Assembly: GCA_964016885.1 (NCBI GenBank)
Contig: OZ024743.1
Location: forward strand, 347,324,001-347,388,000
Direction of reading: 5' to 3'
DNA length: 64,000 bases
Origin: Eledone cirrhosa
Lineage: Eukaryota
Shown: piece by piece, positions 56,556-64,000 of the stretch
Numbering within the stretch: position 1 is the first letter of the stretch
Layout: each line of letters begins with the position of its first letter
Program-made: the position numbers and the translations under genes
The notes under the pieces: model-generated
Seen by the model: the letters and a program-made list of their open reading frames with translations, nothing else
What the model was told of the DNA's origin: nothing
The model's database searches: none

Positions 56556-57049
56556 CATATTCGTTTATTGGTTTCAGTCAGGAGACTGCAACTATGATAG
56601 TGCATCGCCTAGATTTATCTATGATATTGACTTCCATACTCTTTTATCCAAGCATGGTACTTATATTTTTCGATAACTTATTGTCGAACCGCTATGTTAT
56701 GAGACAAGCACAGATAGCGCTTAAAAAACGTATACATATACACTGACACACATAAATATATACACACACATGCGTGCATACTCACACAGATACATACACA
56801 GCGTTATCTATATGTTAACCGACACCACCAACAGATTGAAGGAAGTTAATGTTGAAAATGACCACATTTCCATCGTAGCAACAGTTGAAATCTAAACAAA
56901 CGCTGTTCAATTGGGTAAGTGGTATGATAGGCTGAACCAGTTTGTAGGCTCTGAAACAATAAGGATGTTAAAAGTGCACGAGAAAGAATGACAGGCAGTT
57001 AGCAATACAGATATACAACGTTCTTGGCCAGGCCCACATCTCTACTAAC

Positions 57050-57215
57050 TAGAGGGTCGGACGCAATGCTTTGATGCATAGAGTTACGGCCCTTGCCATT
57101 CTGCATTCAAATCCCGCCGAGGTAACTTTGCCTTTCATCCTTATGGGGTCGATAAAATAAAGTACCAGTAATGCACTTGGTAATTACTGACCTTGTGACA
57201 AAAGTAGAAATAATT
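57050..57215 (+). mobile_element. tRNA-derived SINE, slightly 5'-truncated
   Basis: Match to the dominant family. Confidence 0.88.
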
Positions 57216-57651
57216 ATCTGGTCAAGGTTGGCTACCAATCCCGCAAGTTAGAATGGCTATTCCAAAGCGTTTCCTTCGCGCGCAACCGGAGAAATATTTT
57301 CTTCATTGTGTCCGCTGGGACCAAGAAACATCTAACTCATGGGGCTTGCACACACATGAAATTGCCCCTCCCCAATTCCAGCCGGGCAAGCATTACTAGT
57401 CTAGCAAATTTGAACATTCAGCTAAGTTTCCTCTTTTTCTTCTTTCTTTTTCGATTCACTAACGTGAACAATTTCCCCTGGAAGGGATGGCAGCTTATTA
57501 AGGGGCCCTGGTGCAGTTTTTCCCCTACGCTTATTGATATTTCGATCGAGATATCTTTAGCTCAGTCTTCAAAATTATCCGATTAATAATATATATTTCA
57601 AAGTACACACAGGCACGCACTCGCACGTATGCACACACACGCGCGCACACA

Positions 57652-57757
<106 letters not shown>

Positions 57758-58097
57758 TATATTATATATAAATATACAGGGAGAGAGGCAGGTAGTGAGA
57801 GTGGGAGAATAAAGTGAGAGAGATGAATAAAGCGAGTGAGAGTGTGCAGAAAAAACTCACGTGCTTGCAGACACACACACACACTGATGCACAAACACAG
57901 AGAGTGTGAGAGAAAGAGAGAGAGTGATATATGGGGGGGGGGGGGGGGGGGTGAGACACATGCATATATAGAGAGATGAATATAAATATAGACATAAATA
58001 TAAACGGTACACAAATCTCTTTATGTCTAACTGTCTCTTTTCTCTCTTTATGTACTATGTACATATATGCATTTATATATATATACATATATATAAA

Positions 58098-58164
<67 letters not shown>

Positions 58165-58561
58165 AAATATAGAACATATATACATTTAGACATATATACA
58201 TGTACACGTGTGTTTGTAGGTCTGTCTGTCTGTGTATTTAGTTGTTCTCTAGATCCCTCTTAATCCATTCGGTCCATAAAGAAGTCTGGACTTAGTGTGA
58301 AACTTGAGACAGACTTTTATGATTAGTTGTCTCAGGTTACATTTGATAATGGTTCAGTCGATGGGTAATATTTGAGAAACCTTGACGAAATCTCACATCT
58401 AATCTGTCTGTGTGTCACTATATTAGAGGATTAGCAATTATCGAAACATATTGTTTGTTCGATGGTTGAGTTTTAATGTGAGAATGTGAATGGCTGAATT
58501 TCTGCTTTATGACGAATAGAAATACAGTTGTAGGTTTGTGTGCACGTGTGTGTGTCTGAAT

Positions 58562-58611
<50 letters not shown>

Positions 58612-58616
<5 letters not shown>

Positions 58617-58785
58617 AACAAGTAAGACCCCGACGGCTGAGCTCAAGCCGTTTCGACGGCTAATTCTGGACTAATTCAGCTCAGCCGTCGGGGACTTACT
58701 TGTTCCTATTACCCACTCTACTACCCTAAGTATTGAGTACTTTGATGCGTTATGGTCCACATGGTTCCTTACCACATTTCCTTCG

Positions 58786-58787
<2 letters not shown>
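58612..58787 (+). mobile_element. Family B copy 4
   Basis: Inverted arm, truncated arm and tail, between (TA)n tracts. Confidence 0.9.
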
Positions 58788-58835
<48 letters not shown>

Positions 58836-59323
58836 GAATAATCGAGTATCGGAAAATCAGCTCACGAATTTACGATAAACAAATCCGACATGAGTGGCAG
58901 AGGGCTCAATAATTCAGATAAATCAGAGCTATAACTATCGTTAAAATACCAACACAAAGATTATGCCTAAAATCACCCATGCAGCCGAAAAATAACTACC
59001 AGGAAGATTCGGGTCACTCAGATAAAATATCAATAAATCAATACTATATATGAATGTAAAAACTTACCCGGACCCACTAGAAAGGTGGTAAATCTAGCTT
59101 TTTGGGTTTCTGCAATTCCTTAATCCGCCCCCTATCAGCCCACATAAATATATATAAGACTTCTAGTGAGCGGAGGGACCGGAATGCTTTATCAATGGGT
59201 CATGTCCGACGAATAAAGAAGTTAACTATAGCTAGACGCACATGGAGTCCAGCAAGGGAGATAACCTCTATTTATTCAGACACACACACACACACATACA
59301 CACATACATATCATATATATCTA

Positions 59324-59381
<58 letters not shown>

Positions 59382-59390
<9 letters not shown>

Positions 59391-59820
59391 ATACTTGGGG
59401 AGGGTCATATTTGTGTAATATTGCCAGAATTAATAACAGAACACACTCACTGTTTGGTTTGTTTTCGCTTATTTATTCTAAATAATAATGGCGTAGACAT
59501 ACAATTTAAGGGGAGGAAACAATAGCACCACTGACGATGTTGCAGATGTGCAACGAAAGAATTTTGATAAACTATATATATATGTGTTTGTGTCTATATT
59601 GAATCTGTATTATTTTTGACCGTCGGTCAGTCAATGGCAACATTGAGGACCGAATAAATTAGATTACCGATATAAAAGACACAGAAGCGAAAAGCGAAAA
59701 CCAACCAAACAGTGAGTGTGTTCTGTTATTAATTCTGGCAATATTACACAAATATGACCCTCCCCAAGTATAACAATATTTGTTTCGACACACGATTTCA
59801 TATAAAAAACCTCGCAAAAC
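59382..59820 (+). mobile_element. Family C-related fold-back element with an HHR at 59527-59568
   Basis: Arms 59382-59470 and 59692-59779, a tail of about 40 nt; ACCA-CTGACGA-T-GTTGCA-gatg-TGCAAC-GAAA-gaat-TT-TGAT. Confidence 0.85.
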
Positions 59821-60447
59821 TATATATATATATATATATATTCAGACACACATATATATAAATAAATGTATGTATATATATACATACATTTCTTTATATA
59901 TTTATATATATATATATATTATATATATATATAAATGAAAGGTATAGAAAGTATTGTAGCAAGAAGCCAACAGTATTCCATAATACTATATCTTAAAATA
60001 CTATAGCTTAAAAAAATATATATATATTAAAATACAAATATTAATAAAATAGATGTTCTATTGTATTTAAATATTAATAACTCTGGAAAATTATTTTTAC
60101 TTGTAGAGTGCTTCCAATCTACTATAAAACTTATTCTTTGATGTACTCATTGAATCTTCTTTAACTCTTTAACATATATATACATATATATACATGTGTG
60201 ATTGTGTGTGTATATATCTCCCTACACGATTTTGCTTTGCATTGACACCGTTTCAATATATATCGTCTTTTCTCACGCATGCGCAATATGTTTCACTGCT
60301 CTGCGCTTCCACCCAAGACAACTATTACCTTACTGACGAAAAAAAAAATCTCTTCTTGGATATTTTATTATTTTACGCTCTACCGTCAGTCCATCCTGAA
60401 AATATTTTCTTAATCAGAGATTTAAAATGTCATTATTTTCTATTGGC

Positions 60448-60835
60448 CGTGGATTGGCAGTATCGGTAGACGGTCGGACGCCATGCTTTGCAGCAAAGGG
60501 TTACGGCCCTTTATGGTCTGAGTTCAAATCCCGCCGAGGTTAACTATCATCCTTACGGGGTCGATAAAATAAAATAGCACTTGGATAATTGTTGGCCTTG
60601 TGCCAAAAGTAGAAACAATTATTTTCTATTGGCAGTATCGGTAGAGCGTCAGACACACTGCTTTGTGGCAGATAATTACAGCCCTTTACATTCTCAGTTC
60701 AAATCCCGCCGAGGTTTGTTTTGTCTTTCATCCTTACGAAGTCGAGAAAATAAAGTACCAGTCACATACTGGAGTCGATTTAATTGAATTTGCCCTCCCC
60801 AAGATTGCTGCCCTTGTGCCTAAACTAGAAACCAT
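60448..60835 (+). mobile_element. Young SINE (TSD ATTATTTTCTATTGGC) inserted at the head of an older SINE
   Basis: TSD at 60432-60447 and 60618-60633; second SINE at 60628-60835. Confidence 0.88.
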
Positions 60836-61293
60836 TATTATCTCGGGATTTCGATAGTTATAGAAGGAGATGAATTTTCTTCATGTCGATAATAGATAAA
60901 ATTTTGTGGGTGGCATTTCTTATTAATGTCAGTAGTGAGATCGTTGAATGTTTTGGTGTTATATTCATGCTGTAAAATAGGATGTTGCCTACATGGGTAC
61001 ATGACGTGCTTTGAGAAGAATCTCGAGTGTTTGCATAGAAAATTTATGTCGGCATGATATTTTTACTTCGTAAATATTTCGCAGTGCTGATACTTATTTA
61101 TATTTTTATTCTAATTGGTTTCCTTTCTAACGTTTATCATTGTTCGAATGACATCGTTTTTTTTTCCGTCATAAGTCGGTGAATATTAAAATCGTTAGAT
61201 ACAGATTTACAATAGGTCAAAGGTGATTCACATTATTTCTAACGATAATGTCCTTTATGCCCTCAGCTATTTGAAATGATTTCATATATATAT

Positions 61294-61452
<159 letters not shown>

Positions 61453-61789
61453 GTGTGGTGGAACACTGGAAGGTAATATCCGTAGTGGTAGAGCACTCAG
61501 TCCAAGGGACGAGTTAGGTAGAAGTGATTACACAACAGTTAGTTAACCATACCGTGAACAATTGTTTCACCTTAGCGGATCTTCAGCTCGGAATGGGCAT
61601 GGTTATAGGAACAGGAAGGACAATGTACGAACGCGCATGCGCAGAAACTCGGTCACTTCACACAGGCAATACTAGATGCGTGCGAGTGGTGTAAGGGAGA
61701 TAACTGCGAAAGTCCTAAAAGTTTTTAGGTTGAAAATAAATTACAAAGAATCAGTCCGGAGCCTTGTAGTTATGCAATAGGTGTTTGGC

Positions 61790-63068
61790 GACGTGTGGAC
61801 AACGTGTGAACAATTCACTCCTCGTGTTTAGGCAATCACTATTGCGTAATCTCTTTAGAATAGTTATTATTCGTCAATACATAAGCCACACGTCGGATTT
61901 CCCCTTGCGTATGGCTTGGACTTAGTGATGGCTTTCCATTGAATGGAGTAGTCTATACTTGAGCCCTTGAGGTACCATAAGTGGCTGGCGAGTTTCGTGA
62001 ATGGACGTCTGTCCGGGTATATGAAGGTAGACTGGTGGTTCAGGAAACGTTACTTGAATCGGCCCTCCGCCATGCCCACATAGGTTCTGACCTCCGGTGG
62101 TCCGTTTGGTCGGTTGGAAGTGACCACAGCTTCATAGATTATAGCTGGTGTGTTGCATTGCTGTTGAAGGGGGCAACTTCAGGCGTACGGAAACAGCACC
62201 CTGATGGGGTGTTGCTCCTAGTGCTGCTGGTGATGTGGGCCTTCATGTTCTTAGCGCAGGTGTATCCTAGTTTAACTTTATGTTGTTTAAAGATGGAGCA
62301 GTATTTATGACCTATGGGGACGTGTCTATCTAAGACGGCTAGAAATGTTTTTTCCTACATTGGTTTTAACGTTGAGTGAGAAGGGAGGAGAGAACCAGAT
62401 AGTTTGTCTATTGTTGCGCTTACTTTTCTTAATGGTGTTGTTGCTAGTGGGAGAGTAAATGATAAGTTGTGAGAAGCCGCTGTTATCCAACGCCGTGTTA
62501 TCGTAGGGTGCCGCCCTGTCAAAGATAGCCTTATTAGAGGAGAGGTTTGAGATTCTAGTACTGATATTCTTAATGAAGTTTCTAAAAACATTGAAAGGGT
62601 GGCATGAGTCCATGTGAATGTAATTAAGTTTTTCGTTTAGCTTATGGAAGGTTCTGTGGGTGTGTGTGCGAAGGTCTAAATTAATGTATAAAAAATTCTA
62701 CGCTAGAGAGGTTGGTGGCTACTATTATCCTAAGACCTAACTCATTGAAGGTATAAGCTAAGTCTTTTTTAAACCGGTCGAGGTCGTGACCACTTTTATG
62801 GCTCCATAAAGTCAGTCCATCTTCACGGTATATTCCCGTGTGGAAGTCCGGGAATCTAAACACGTAATATGTCTAAGATAAAAAGGCTAACCAAGTCACA
62901 TACGTCAGCACTGTCAAACGATCCCATGGAGACGTCGAACAGGTCTGAAGATGTAAACTACTTTGCCCAGGCTACTCCGTCTTAGAAGAGGAGGGTTTTC
63001 CGGCAGTGAGCGATGATTTCCCTGTCTAAACCATCGACGGTGGTATAAGTGGTAGCGAAGTCCAACGC
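61790..63068 (-). pseudogene. PLE RT (C-terminal half) and GIY-YIG, degenerate
   Basis: FDVSMGSFDSADVCDLV, GIYREDGL, ISTRISNLSS, IWFSPPFSLNVKTNVG, IIYEAVV...YVGMAEGRFK and CGLCIDE. Confidence 0.92.
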
Positions 63069-63757
63069 AAAGTTAAACTAGGATACTCCTGCGCTAAGAA
63101 CATGAAGGCCCACATCACCAGCAGCCCTAGGAGCAACACCTCACCAGGGTGCTCTTGCTGTAAGCTTGAACCTTGCCTCCTTCAACAGCAATGCAACACA
63201 CCAGCTGTAATCTATGGAGCTGTGGTCACTTCCAACCGACGAAACGAACCACAGGGGCATGGCGGAGGGCCGATTCAAGGAACGTTCCTGAACCACCAGT
63301 CTACCTTCAGATACCCGGACAGACGTTGATCCACGAAACTCGCCAGCCACGTATGGTCCCTGAAGGGCTCAAGTATAGACTACTCCATTCAATGGAAAGC
63401 CATCACTAAGTCAAAGCCATACGCAAGGGGAAATCCGACGTGTAGCTTATGTATTGACGAACGAATAACTATTCTAAAGAGATTACGCAATAGTGATTGC
63501 CTAAACACGAGAAGTGAATTTTTCACACGTTGTCCACACGTCGCCAAACACCTATCGCATAACTACATGGCTACGGTTTGATTCTTTGTAATTTTATTTT
63601 CAACCTAAAAACTTTTCGGACTTTCGCAGTTATCTCCCTTACACATCTCGCACGCAGTCTAGTATTGCCTGTGTGAAGTGACCGGGTTTCTGCGCATGCG
63701 CGTTCGTACGGTTGTCCTTCCTGTCCCTATAACCATGCCCATTCCGAGCGCCCATTA

Positions 63758-63795
63758 CGAGCTGAAGATCCGCTAATGTGAAACAATTGTTCTCG
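63758..63795 (+). ncRNA. Minimal type I HHR in the PLE pseudo-LTR (mirror copy at 61552-61591, minus)
   Basis: CGAG-CTGAAGA-T-CC-gctaa-(G/T)G-T-GAA-ACAATTGT-T-CTCG; palindromic stem III. Confidence 0.78.
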
Positions 63796-63825
63796 GTATG
63801 GTGAACTAACTGTTGTGTAACCACT

Positions 63826-63990
<165 letters not shown>

Positions 63991-64000
63991 AGGACCCCGA

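Overview
A repeat-dense, AT-rich eukaryotic intergenic or intronic window. It is most likely from an octopod cephalopod, inferred from the SINE families and extreme (TA)n/(CA)n load. I found no supportable host gene; nearly all ORF-track entries are microsatellite translations. Contents: a near full-length but frameshifted RTE-clade LINE (about 22.7-26.1 kb, minus), an older decayed RTE (28.1-31.2 kb, minus), two 5'-truncated Penelope-like elements (PLEs; RT + GIY-YIG) with inverted pseudo-LTRs (35.0-37.7 kb and 61.5-63.8 kb), a third inverted-repeat element with a GIY-YIG remnant (47.3-49.5 kb), more than 15 copies or fragments of one tRNA-derived SINE, and non-autonomous Helitrons. The most striking signal is a set of several unrelated short elements sitting in (TA)n tracts. 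They share a fold-back layout (inverted arm - body - arm + tail - (TA)n) and carry hammerhead ribozyme (HHR) motifs. Several are complete minimal type I HHRs with a recurrent U.U opposition at the base of stem II. One family has the three HHR strands in an order that is not a circular permutation of types I/II/III, implying a pseudoknotted topology, with compensatory changes in stem I. All structures were paired by eye; catalytic activity and novelty are untested.
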